IMG/VR virus record: IMGVR_UViG_3300017779_000007
Span: 1-56,378 of that record
Direction: 5' to 3' (one strand)
Source of the DNA: a virus
Taxonomy: Duplodnaviria > Caudoviricetes
DNA: 56,378 nucleotides
A program made the position numbers and the translations under genes. Positions 34,668 through 43,458 of the stretch are shown here, in pieces. The stretch's first letter is position 1; every line of letters begins with the position of its first letter. The notes beneath the pieces were generated by a model that made no database searches, was not told where the DNA came from, and was given only the letters and a program-made list of their open reading frames with translations.

Positions 34668-36425
34668 ATGATTACATACGCATTAGATTTTGAAACCTAC
34701 TACGACAAGCACTGCTCGATACGAAAGCTTGGCCCGTTAGGTTACTTCTCCCATTACGACTTCGACGCCTATATGGTGAGCGTTGTCGGAGATGACGGCT
34801 ACGAGTTTGTAGGCCACCCTGAAGATTTTGACTGGAACCTGCTTAACGGCAACATCGTCCTGTCCCATAACGCATCATTCGATGAAACACTTTACCTATA
34901 TGGAATCAACTGCGGTTGGTGGCCGGAGGTGAAACCAGCCGAATGGCACTGCACCGCCGACATGGCCGCTGCGGTCGGCTTGCCGAGATCGCTGAAGAAC
35001 TCAACTGCTGAAGCTTTCGATCTGGAGGTCTCTAAATCCACCCGTGATAATATGTCTGGCAAGACGTGGGCGGGTATGACTAAAGAGTTCCAGAAGGAAG
35101 TAGAGGAATACGCCATCAAGGACTCCGTCCTCTGCCTCCGTCTGTGGAAGGCTTACGAGTCTAAATGGTCGCAGTTTGAGAGGGACATCAGCGTTACGAA
35201 TCGACGGATCGTTCAGAGAGGAATCCCGATTGACGTGGACGCTCTACGCAAAGCTAAGGAGACGATCAACGAACTCATTTTTGAAACAGAGAAGGCGATA
35301 CCTTGGGCAGACGAGAAGCCGTTACTTAGCCGGAAAGCGTTCGACGAACACTGCATTCAACTCGGCATCGAACCGCCAGCCTCTCTCGCTAAAACGGATG
35401 TCGATGCCCAGCGGTGGATACTGGCACATGGCCACAAATACAAATGGATCGAGGCCGTAACGAACTGGCGTCGTATAAACACGATCAAGAAGAAGCTCGA
35501 TAGCTTCGACTTCGCGACGATGCCGGACAGCAGATACTACGGCGGCATTATGTATTTTGGCGGACACACCGGACGCTTCAGCGGTAGTGGAGGTAATCTT
35601 AATCTCCAGAACTTGCCGAGAGAAGGAATGTTCGGGGTTAATATGCGTAACCTCATTACCGCGCCTAAAGGTAAGAAGCTAGTCGTCGTTGACCTATCTC
35701 AGATCGAAGTCCGCACTCTTTGTTGGCTATCCGGTGACCGAGAGACGATGGACGCAATCGAGAAGTCCGACGACATCTACGAGGCATTCGCGATCCAGTT
35801 CGGTCTGTGGTCTGAAGACAAGGGAGTCCTGAAGAAGAAAGACGCCAAGCTAAGACACAAAGTCAAGGCTCTCGTATTGGGCTGCGGCTACGGTGCAGGG
35901 GCTAAACGGTTTGCTGAGATGTATGATATGCCTCAGAAAGAAGCTCAAGACGCTGTGGATCTTTACCGAACCAAGCTCGCGAAGGTTCCCCAATACTGGA
36001 AGAAGCTCAACAAAGAAATCGATAAAGCCTATGATGTCGGCCACCTGTCTCTACCGCTACCGTCTGGCAGGTCTCTTAACTACGGGAATATCCGCAAGAC
36101 TCTGGCCCAAGGACGAATCCAGTTTGTTTCCAGCATTAACCGGAACGGCCAGAAACGCATCATGAAACTGTGGGGAGGAGTCCTCGCTGAGAATCTCTCA
36201 CAGGCTCTGGCCAGAGATATTTTCAGTTTCATGATGTTAGAGATCGACAAGGCTGGCATAGACATTATCTTCCATGTTCACGATGAAGTGATCTGCGAAT
36301 GTGATGAAGACGAAGCCGAAGAAGTCCTACAAAAAATTACTAAAATTATGTCCACTCCTCCTGAGTGGATTAGCGATATCCCTCTGGATGCGGAGGGAGA
36401 AATTCTAACCCAATACCAAAAATAA
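34668..36425 (+). CDS. polA: DNA polymerase family A with 3'-5' exonuclease
   Basis: DFET, HNASFD, YAIKD; motif A DLSQIEVR, motif B RHKVKALVLGCGYG, motif C VHDE. Confidence 0.95.
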   Translation: MITYALDFETYYDKHCSIRKLGPLGYFSHYDFDAYMVSVVGDDGYEFVGHPEDFDWNLLNGNIVLSHNASFDETLYLYGINCGWWPEVKPAEWHCTADMAAAVGLPRSLKNSTAEAFDLEVSKSTRDNMSGKTWAGMTKEFQKEVEEYAIKDSVLCLRLWKAYESKWSQFERDISVTNRRIVQRGIPIDVDALRKAKETINELIFETEKAIPWADEKPLLSRKAFDEHCIQLGIEPPASLAKTDVDAQRWILAHGHKYKWIEAVTNWRRINTIKKKLDSFDFATMPDSRYYGGIMYFGGHTGRFSGSGGNLNLQNLPREGMFGVNMRNLITAPKGKKLVVVDLSQIEVRTLCWLSGDRETMDAIEKSDDIYEAFAIQFGLWSEDKGVLKKKDAKLRHKVKALVLGCGYGAGAKRFAEMYDMPQKEAQDAVDLYRTKLAKVPQYWKKLNKEIDKAYDVGHLSLPLPSGRSLNYGNIRKTLAQGRIQFVSSINRNGQKRIMKLWGGVLAENLSQALARDIFSFMMLEIDKAGIDIIFHVHDEVICECDEDEAEEVLQKITKIMSTPPEWISDIPLDAEGEILTQYQK

Positions 36426-38620
36426 TGACCTACAGATATTTGCGTAACCTACGCGACAGCAAAGCCCAGAAAACCAGCAAACTCGATAACCTTAATCCAA
36501 CTAAACCCCCATTTAAGAATAAAGCGGACTATCGGGAATGGTGCAGCAACAGTAATACCGACCACATATTCTATTCTTGCGTTGAAGGACGCGCACCTTC
36601 CAAACGAGTAAGCAACGACAACCCCGCCCACAAGATACACGGCGTAGTAGCCGACTACGATTCACCCATCGATTGGAAGTCTTTTCGTAATAAATTAGCC
36701 AACGCCTGTGCGGGTATCCCCCTACCTACGTGGGCTAGCCGAACTCATAGCGGTTACCTACGATTAGTTTGGGAGTTTGATTCGGCGATACCGATTGACC
36801 CCTCTATGTATGACTCGTTTATGGATTACGTGAACAAGTCGCTGAAGATGGACAAGCTCTTCGCTGGTTTTGATAAGACTTCATTGAAGCCTAATCAATA
36901 TTTTGAGTTAGGCGAAGACTGGATTAAGACAGGCGACGCGACCCCGACCGACGTAGTCCATGCTTGCCTGTCGAAGGCGGTGTCTTCTAAGCCGCCTGAA
37001 TCTTCCGATACCTCAGTGCCGATAGATGTCGTCGCGCCTGAAGTCGAATCCCGATTCCCGAACCGTTGGTTCGGTGAATTTGAAGTAGGGGCCAGAGGGC
37101 CGTTGTTCTGGATCGATGATGGGATCGACCGAGACGGTTGTCAGGTCGTGGAGGATGGTGTTGTGTGTTACAGCGACCGCGCTGGTAAAGGCTTTATGAG
37201 TTGGGGCGATATCTTCGGAAGTTCGTTCGTCAAAGATTACGAGACCAAGAAGCTGTCTACCCTACTCGACGAGTACTGGTTTAATGGCAAGACCTTCTTC
37301 AAGCTCCTATACGGAAACGCCGTGTCGATACCGAAGGAGCAACTCCTTCTAGAGCTTCGACAAGCGGGGTTCTCTGTCAGGGTTAGGAGAGGTAGAGCGA
37401 TCAGCGAGGTGGAGGAAGCTGTCCTGACAGTTAGTAATAACAACCGGATCGATGAGATTGCACCTGTGGTGTTCTCAAGCGACCGCATTGTGTCCTACAA
37501 CGCCAGCCGTATTCTCAACTGCTCTAACCTAGTTCCGGTGGAGCCAGACTCAGACGGAGATCCATCGAAGTGGCCGTTCCTGCACCAATGGCTGAATCAG
37601 TTATTCGTGAATAGCTCAAAGAACTCCGCCTTAGATTATTTTTACTCATGGTTGCAGCGTTTCTACACTGCGGTTTTGGATAGGGTTCCCTTACAGGGAC
37701 AAGCTCTGCTGCTGGTCGGGCCGACAGGTCGCGGCAAGTCGCTATTGTCGAACAAAATTATCAGTGGCCTTGTAGGGGGTTTCTCTGATGCGTCTGACTA
37801 CCTGTCAGGTCAGACGAAGTTCAACAAAGACTTAGGTCGTGTCGCCTCATGGGTTATTGACGATACGACCTCGGCAGCTAGCTTCCAAGACCAGAGACGT
37901 GCGACCGAACTACTTAAGCGTGCGGTAGCCAATCCGAGAGTCGAGTATATGGCCAAGTATGCGGACGCCATGTCTATTCCTTGGACAGGACGAGTTATCT
38001 TGTCGCTGAACATGGATGCCAACTCGCTGTCAGTGATACCGTCTCTGGATACCAGTAACCGCGATAAGCTCATGGCGTTGCTTATAAGCGACAAGTCCAC
38101 AAATAGTTTTCCGGCTAACTCTCAACTAGAGGCTACCATCGAACAGGAGCTGCCTCACTTCGGTAAGTTCCTCCTCGACTGGAAGGCTCCTAAAGAGGTA
38201 GAGGACGTTGGTCGGTTCGGCGTTAAGTCCTACATCGACCCCACCATCGCGGACGCCGCATACGACAACAGCAGTCGCAGTTCAATCGCGGAGTTGGTCG
38301 AGTTCTTTGCCAAGCGTTGCCGTGAGCTTTACCCCGATATGGGTAAATGGAGCGGGACTCTGACTGAGTTTCAGGTGATGGTGCATGAACTAAACAACGG
38401 GCGCGATGTCGGTTCTTCTCGTAATCTGGAGTTCTGCCGACGAGGCATGATCACTCTGGAAGAAGCTAGTCGGGTCAATAACAAGATCCGTCCCGTAATG
38501 TCCCAAGGACAGGGAGGGGGCAAATTATGGAGTATTGATCTCAGCGAGAATTACGATATAGGTTATGCAGCGGATGACAAACGAGGACATTCAGATAAAG
38601 AGGCAGGAGCTTTGCGGTGA
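36425..38620 (+). CDS. Primase-helicase (AEP-like N-terminus plus SF3/DUF5906-like NTPase)
   Basis: VVADYD (DxD), RTHSG.LRLVW, Walker A GPTGRGKS, VIDD. Confidence 0.8.
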   Translation: MTYRYLRNLRDSKAQKTSKLDNLNPTKPPFKNKADYREWCSNSNTDHIFYSCVEGRAPSKRVSNDNPAHKIHGVVADYDSPIDWKSFRNKLANACAGIPLPTWASRTHSGYLRLVWEFDSAIPIDPSMYDSFMDYVNKSLKMDKLFAGFDKTSLKPNQYFELGEDWIKTGDATPTDVVHACLSKAVSSKPPESSDTSVPIDVVAPEVESRFPNRWFGEFEVGARGPLFWIDDGIDRDGCQVVEDGVVCYSDRAGKGFMSWGDIFGSSFVKDYETKKLSTLLDEYWFNGKTFFKLLYGNAVSIPKEQLLLELRQAGFSVRVRRGRAISEVEEAVLTVSNNNRIDEIAPVVFSSDRIVSYNASRILNCSNLVPVEPDSDGDPSKWPFLHQWLNQLFVNSSKNSALDYFYSWLQRFYTAVLDRVPLQGQALLLVGPTGRGKSLLSNKIISGLVGGFSDASDYLSGQTKFNKDLGRVASWVIDDTTSAASFQDQRRATELLKRAVANPRVEYMAKYADAMSIPWTGRVILSLNMDANSLSVIPSLDTSNRDKLMALLISDKSTNSFPANSQLEATIEQELPHFGKFLLDWKAPKEVEDVGRFGVKSYIDPTIADAAYDNSSRSSIAELVEFFAKRCRELYPDMGKWSGTLTEFQVMVHELNNGRDVGSSRNLEFCRRGMITLEEASRVNNKIRPVMSQGQGGGKLWSIDLSENYDIGYAADDKRGHSDKEAGALR

Positions 38621-38801
38621 GTTCTGGCTAGACCTTCGTGAAGCGATAGAGGCTGTGGGAGGAGACTCATCTACTATAGACCTATACGCGGATGCCCCAC
38701 TGAGTGAGTTTATTGAACTCGTAGCACCAAACGGAATAAGGCCCGTCTTTAAAAAGACGGGTCATATTCACCACAAAAAACTACCGCCGGAGGAAGAATG
38801 A
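38574..38801 (+). CDS. Hypothetical protein
   Basis: Last ORF of the replication operon. Confidence 0.6.
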   Translation: MTNEDIQIKRQELCGEFWLDLREAIEAVGGDSSTIDLYADAPLSEFIELVAPNGIRPVFKKTGHIHHKKLPPEEE

Positions 38802-39299
38802 CTCGAAAGCGTCGGGCCGACGGGTCTTCTTAATCTCGATGTTGTATCCGTCGGCCTTGAATCGGAACCCGTCTTTGTCGTGAGTGCCTCTCTTGTTGAA
38901 TCGTTTTTTGTGGATGATCGTCTTCTTAGGAGTCCAACCACAGAGCCATACCTTCCGTAGACCTTTGTGGACTCGCATGAAGAAGTATATATTGGCTTCA
39001 AACTTACTGAACTTGGTGCTGACTACCGAGGCGTTGTAGTCCAGCTTAGGAGGGGTATTGCAGCTCTTGGCCTTAACGTCAACCTTGAGACCTTTGTATT
39101 CGTAGTCGTGGGTAAAAGACTGGTCCCCGACGTAGTCGAACTGCTTGAAGGTATTCTCGAAAGCGACCTCACCTAAGAAGCCAGTCATGTTCCCTTTGCC
39201 GTTCGTGAACGACGTTCTCAACTCACCTAACGCATCGGATCTTCGGCACGCTTCTGCGACATCTTCTGGCGTGGGTTTGTAGAGTATGAAACGACTCAT
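38781..39299 (-). CDS. PD-(D/E)XK nuclease-like protein
   Basis: G.LGE....HDY.....VDVKAK pattern. Confidence 0.65.
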   Translation of the reverse strand: MSRFILYKPTPEDVAEACRRSDALGELRTSFTNGKGNMTGFLGEVAFENTFKQFDYVGDQSFTHDYEYKGLKVDVKAKSCNTPPKLDYNASVVSTKFSKFEANIYFFMRVHKGLRKVWLCGWTPKKTIIHKKRFNKRGTHDKDGFRFKADGYNIEIKKTRRPDAFESFFLRR

Positions 39300-39577
39300 G
39301 ATTTGCGCTTACGCGCTTTCTTCAGGAGCCTCTTTTTGCTCCTGTATCTCGCGGTCTTCTCCGCGATCTTCTTAGGTTGCTTGACGTATTGCTTACCTTT
39401 TCGCATACCTTTACGCTTCTTACGGCTGGTTCGGTCATATTCCTCGTCAGTCAATGCTTCACGCGCAGCCTTTGGTAAATATCGCTCGCCCGTTTTGAGC
39501 GACGGCTTACCAGATTTGGTTCCCCATTTCTCTCTTGTCCAGTTGTCCAGAGATCTCTGTGAAGCTTTCTTAGGCAT
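39296..39577 (-). CDS. Basic protein, DUF5872 C-terminal-half-like
   Basis: Q.SL..WT.EKW.T......RYLP..A...L...EY..T..K. Confidence 0.65.
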   Translation of the reverse strand: MPKKASQRSLDNWTREKWGTKSGKPSLKTGERYLPKAAREALTDEEYDRTSRKKRKGMRKGKQYVKQPKKIAEKTARYRSKKRLLKKARKRKS

Positions 39578-39753
39578 TAGTAACCGGATTGTGGTTTAGA
39601 CCGTTTACGGATAATCTTCTTAGCCTTCTTCTTGGTAGACGGCTTAGTGTGTCCGTAGCCTTTCTTCTTCATGGCAAGGTGCTGCTCGTAGGTGTTAGCC
39701 TTGTAGCCTTTACCATTCTTGTCATACATCATGTGTGGTTTAAAATCCTTCAT
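39577..39753 (-). CDS. Small basic protein (58 aa)
   Basis: MKDFKPHMMYDKNGKGYKANTYEQHLAMKKKGYGH...; TAATG couplings on both sides. Confidence 0.65.
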   Translation of the reverse strand: MKDFKPHMMYDKNGKGYKANTYEQHLAMKKKGYGHTKPSTKKKAKKIIRKRSKPQSGY

Positions 39754-39932
39754 TAGTCTCTGTATCCTCCTCCGTTTTTCTTGTATCTTGCTGCTAATAG
39801 CTGTGCTTTTCGTGCGGACCATTGGCCAGCTTTACCGCCTTTGGTTCCGGCCTTGATTGAGTTAAATAGACGTTTCCTCATCGTAGGCTTCGTGTAGTTG
39901 CCTGCCTCATTGACCTTTGATTTCTTTTTCAT
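39753..39932 (-). CDS. Small basic protein (59 aa), DUF5872 N-terminal-half-like; not in ORF track
   Basis: MKKKSKVNEAGNYTKPTMRKRLFNSIKAGTKGGKAGQWSARKAQLLAARYKKNGGGYRD. Confidence 0.75.
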   Translation of the reverse strand: MKKKSKVNEAGNYTKPTMRKRLFNSIKAGTKGGKAGQWSARKAQLLAARYKKNGGGYRD

Positions 39933-40216
39933 TTTAAGCGTTTAAGGATTCGTTCGTAGGCTGGAAAGAAGACCTCGTCGATGCATCGGACGCAGGCTTC
40001 CTCTTCAAAGTTCTCGCAGAACGAGATACCAGCGATGTGGAAGGCGGCGTGTAGCATTTCATGGCGTAAGGTCGGGATGATTTCGTGTTCTGGTAGTTTG
40101 TTGTGTAACTGGATTATCCGCTTCTCATGGAGATACTGACCGTAGCACCCCTCTAACTCAGTCTTGTGGATCTTGATCCGCTGACCTGCAATCGTGACTG
40201 ATTTTAGGGATTTCAC
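39929..40216 (-). CDS. Small zincin-like metallopeptidase
   Basis: TLRHEMLHA (HExxH) plus downstream EE. Confidence 0.7.
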   Translation of the reverse strand: MKSLKSVTIAGQRIKIHKTELEGCYGQYLHEKRIIQLHNKLPEHEIIPTLRHEMLHAAFHIAGISFCENFEEEACVRCIDEVFFPAYERILKRLK

Positions 40217-40428
40217 TTCTTGGATCTGTTCCTTGATTTGCTGAGTAGTTGTAAGTTCCCGCGTGAGTTGTTTCTAGGATTACCGTCTTTGTGGTCAACG
40301 TCCTTGCCCTTGACCCGCTTGCCTAAGATCTTCTTCATTTTACGGCGTGCGCCATTACGGCTAGCCCGATTCTTTTTCTGCTCCGGCTTGCTGTGGTAGT
40401 TGTCGTATTCTTTTTGGTAGTTCCTCAT
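40213..40428 (-). CDS. Small HNH endonuclease
   Basis: DVDHKDGNPRNN...NL......NR. Confidence 0.8.
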   Translation of the reverse strand: MRNYQKEYDNYHSKPEQKKNRASRNGARRKMKKILGKRVKGKDVDHKDGNPRNNSRGNLQLLSKSRNRSKK

Positions 40429-41078
40429 GGGTTGTTAAAGTAACTGACAATCGCCTGTGCGTATACGTCGGCCAGTAGTGAGTGCTTTACGTCAAAGAGA
40501 ACCCATTCCTTTGGGCAGCTACCGAAGAAAGGCTCGCAGATAACGGCTGGCGGCGGCACGCTCCTCAAGAACCCGCCCCCGCGACCGCCCGATTCAATCG
40601 CCTTAATCCCTCTGTCCGACTGCACCTTAAAGGTCTCGGCGTGGGCTTCGCGGAAACACTCAGCCAGACGGCGACCGTTGTTGCTGGTGTGGTAATGCAG
40701 ATATTCGTAGCCCTCTGCTTTCGAGCTTGAGTAGCTGTTGAAGTGTAGTTCGATTGCGATGTCGCACTCCTCCTTCGCGACGCTTTCGCCCAACCAGTCC
40801 ATCGCGCCGCTGTAGCTCTCCGACGGGTAGTCATCGAACACAACAGATTGAATCCCTTGATGGCGCAGGTGGCTCTTCAGCAGGTCTGCGACCTTCTTGT
40901 TGTAGGTCCACTCGTCCACGCCTCCGACGGACGTGGCCCCTTTGTCTCCGATCCGGCTGTGTCCCACACAGATGGCGACCTTCTTGAGATTCTTAACCTT
41001 CTTACGCTTTACGGCTTTAGCCGCTCTGTAAGCGGCTACAAGTTCTAAGATCTTGTCGAGTATCTGGCTTGGACTCAT
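40425..41078 (-). CDS. Endolysin, N-acetylmuramoyl-L-alanine amidase (Amidase_3)
   Basis: VAICVGH, E...N, IELHFN, ICEPFF. Confidence 0.9.
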   Translation of the reverse strand: MSPSQILDKILELVAAYRAAKAVKRKKVKNLKKVAICVGHSRIGDKGATSVGGVDEWTYNKKVADLLKSHLRHQGIQSVVFDDYPSESYSGAMDWLGESVAKEECDIAIELHFNSYSSSKAEGYEYLHYHTSNNGRRLAECFREAHAETFKVQSDRGIKAIESGGRGGGFLRSVPPPAVICEPFFGSCPKEWVLFDVKHSLLADVYAQAIVSYFNNP

Positions 41079-41311
41079 TTACCGATGATGATTGCGCGAC
41101 GATATGAATAATCGCTGTGGAACTTCTGGCCTCGGCCTTTTAGCTGGCCTTCTTTAAACTGATACGTGACGCCCTCAACCAGCGTCACCGTCGGAGGGTC
41201 GAGCAATGCGCTCTCGTTCAAACTTGAGTCGTTTCGCCAAGCGTTCGATCCGCAGCTTGGCAGCAGGAGAGCCATCAGCGGCAAGATCATCAATGTCGTC
41301 TTCCAGTTCAT
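41075..41311 (-). CDS. Lipoprotein, putative o-spanin
   Basis: Hydrophobic signal plus lipobox LLPSC; overlaps upstream ORF in another frame. Confidence 0.55.
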   Translation of the reverse strand: MNWKTTLMILPLMALLLPSCGSNAWRNDSSLNESALLDPPTVTLVEGVTYQFKEGQLKGRGQKFHSDYSYRRAIIIGK

Positions 41312-41384
41312 AAACGTATGTTCTTTGTTTGAGACCGACGTAAGCTATGTATGCCTTAGCTGCTGCGGTCAGTAGTTTGATCAT
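41175..41384 (-). CDS. Putative i-spanin-like protein (69 aa)
   Basis: Weakly hydrophobic N-terminus, helical; overlaps lipoprotein gene. Confidence 0.45.
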   Translation of the reverse strand: MIKLLTAAAKAYIAYVGLKQRTYVYELEDDIDDLAADGSPAAKLRIERLAKRLKFERERIARPSDGDAG

Positions 41385-41893
41385 TTCTTTATTTCTTGTA
41401 AGTAATATCTTCCACCGTCCCCTTTCACAAAGTTCCTTCCACGTTCTTTTTCATAGGCGATAGAATCTTTGACGGATGTATGTCCCATACCCTTTAAGAG
41501 CATACCGTTTCTAGGGTCAATACTACCTTTGTGCTTGTACCAATCAAAGGGACTATTAGGGTCATCCTCGTTAGCGCGATGCCACACCCACGCTTCAAAT
41601 GCTCCTTCATTGGTTCTTTCGGGAACGGAATCTCCGGCTGCGAGGGCGGCAAGCTCCTCTTCTGTCGGCCTATCCGTAGGTTTATCTATATTTAAAGGCA
41701 TTAGCTCCGCAAGTTCCGCACCTGTTTTTTCGTCGTATCTTTTACCTTCAGGATCGAACTCAGTGGCCACTTTTCTAGCCACTTTTCTAGCCGCTTTTTT
41801 AGCAGCAGTTTTAGCAGCAGTTTTAGCAGCAGTTTTAGCAGCAGCTATAGCGGCAGCTCTAGCATCTACCCTTTTTTCAAATGAGTCGGACAT
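41381..41893 (-). CDS. Hypothetical protein with (AAKT)n repeats
   Basis: ORF inside lysis cassette. Confidence 0.7.
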   Translation of the reverse strand: MSDSFEKRVDARAAAIAAAKTAAKTAAKTAAKKAARKVARKVATEFDPEGKRYDEKTGAELAELMPLNIDKPTDRPTEEELAALAAGDSVPERTNEGAFEAWVWHRANEDDPNSPFDWYKHKGSIDPRNGMLLKGMGHTSVKDSIAYEKERGRNFVKGDGGRYYLQEIKK

Positions 41894-41900
41894 TCCCTAA

Positions 41901-42080
41901 TCACTTATCCTTAGCCTTGAACACGTTGAGCGCGAGCCAGTCGATGATCTTATAGGCTTTACCAATGAAGGTATCGTCCTTCGGTGTAGGGGTGAGGGCA
42001 GCGATAGCTGATGCGGCTGCGATGACGGCGGTAACAACCCCGAAGAGCTGTTCTTTGTTTTCGATGATGTAGTTAATCAT
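41901..42080 (-). CDS. Holin-like membrane protein (59 aa)
   Basis: Hydrophobic helix then LTPTPKDD...LALN. Confidence 0.6.
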   Translation of the reverse strand: MINYIIENKEQLFGVVTAVIAAASAIAALTPTPKDDTFIGKAYKIIDWLALNVFKAKDK

Positions 42081-42258
42081 TTTTCTTACGGTTACGGAAT
42101 TTCTCAACTGCTGTTATAGCAGAGAGGACGGCGATGATCAAGCCGAGAAAAGCTGAGACCATCTGGATGATTACGTTGATGTTTTCGGGCAGCGTAGACA
42201 TGAAAACGAAGATGGATGCTAGGATGCCGGAGATTGGGTGTGTGAGGTGTTGGAACAT
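42073..42258 (-). CDS. Holin-like membrane protein (61 aa)
   Basis: Two hydrophobic segments, basic C-terminus. Confidence 0.6.
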   Translation of the reverse strand: MFQHLTHPISGILASIFVFMSTLPENINVIIQMVSAFLGLIIAVLSAITAVEKFRNRKKND

Positions 42259-42289
42259 TGTAGTTCAATAAGTTAGGTGTGTTGATCGG

Positions 42290-43453
42290 TTAGATCTGCG
42301 GGAATGTTGAGAAATCTGCTTCGGTAACTGTATAGTTTGTCGATACCCCTGCCTGTGTGTCGGCGGTAGCGATCATGGTGTTGAGGTCTGAAATATAGTC
42401 TGCTATAGGAGTCCCCGCTCCTGCCCCGCCGAATGTCCAAACAGTTACAAGCACAAGCTCTCCGTCTACAATTATGAATGCAGGGTTGCCGCTGTCGCCA
42501 CTAATTTTATTCTCATGGAAAATGAGCCTGTTGGGGTCAACGGGTGTCTGCATATTACCTCTAGAACGCCAATCAATAATAAGAGCTTTCTCCTCTTGGT
42601 CGAGGCCGAGGCAAGCTACCCTACTGAAGTTTTCCAAATAGTTACTGTGATCACTAGGCATTACAGCGCACGGCTTGATCGTGGGCGGAAGATCGCTGTC
42701 TAAAGTATAGATTGTTAAGTCTGGGTAGTAGTTTCTAGATTCAGGGTGTCGGGCTTTTCCGGCCACCGTGCGGTCATGCACCGTGCCGTCTTTCTCCACG
42801 AATCTCACCACTGCGCCTACAGAATACTCGTAGTGTGCCGCTCCAATGACGTGCCTTGGGGTCACCAGTGTCCCCGCTCGTTTATGGCCACCACTACTGT
42901 TCCAAGGGGACGCGCACGTAATATCTAGGTCTCCGCACCACAAATCAGGGTTTCTGACATAGGTGGAACTCGCGTGATCCTGTGAAGTAAATATCTTCCC
43001 GTTAGCCTCCATGCTCATGGAGTCGTCCAGCAAACCGTCGATTTGCTGAGAGCAATGAGTAGATAAAGAGATTTGCGGCTCAGACTCAGGGAGCGGGTCT
43101 TCGTCTTCGGGTTTCAAAGACAGCCATTGTTCTTTAGTCACGATGGATAGCACTCCTTGCTCAATGTAAGGCCGGAGGGCAGCGAGGTCCGATGAAGTCA
43201 CTCTCCACGTTGCGAGTTGCAGCATGAGTTGACCACTACCGTCAGTGGTGGTTAAAAGTTCTTCGGCAGGTGGGAGTCCGCGTAGGGTCTTAGCTTTAGC
43301 TCCACCTATTGGGTAGCCTCTGGAATCGTCAACGTAGCCAGAAAGAGCAGGGTAGGCTTCCGGTGTGGCGAGGAAATAAAACCAGCCGGTGTCCAACTGA
43401 TCCTGTTCCAGTTCAGTGAGTGGGGGTTCTTCTATGTAGTCTTCGTCTGACAT
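42290..43453 (-). CDS. Trypsin-like serine protease with acidic N-terminal domain
   Basis: GTLVTPRHVIGAAH, PDL.I..L, GDSGNP catalytic triad motifs. Confidence 0.85.
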   Translation of the reverse strand: MSDEDYIEEPPLTELEQDQLDTGWFYFLATPEAYPALSGYVDDSRGYPIGGAKAKTLRGLPPAEELLTTTDGSGQLMLQLATWRVTSSDLAALRPYIEQGVLSIVTKEQWLSLKPEDEDPLPESEPQISLSTHCSQQIDGLLDDSMSMEANGKIFTSQDHASSTYVRNPDLWCGDLDITCASPWNSSGGHKRAGTLVTPRHVIGAAHYEYSVGAVVRFVEKDGTVHDRTVAGKARHPESRNYYPDLTIYTLDSDLPPTIKPCAVMPSDHSNYLENFSRVACLGLDQEEKALIIDWRSRGNMQTPVDPNRLIFHENKISGDSGNPAFIIVDGELVLVTVWTFGGAGAGTPIADYISDLNTMIATADTQAGVSTNYTVTEADFSTFPQI

Positions 43454-43458
43454 GGCTT

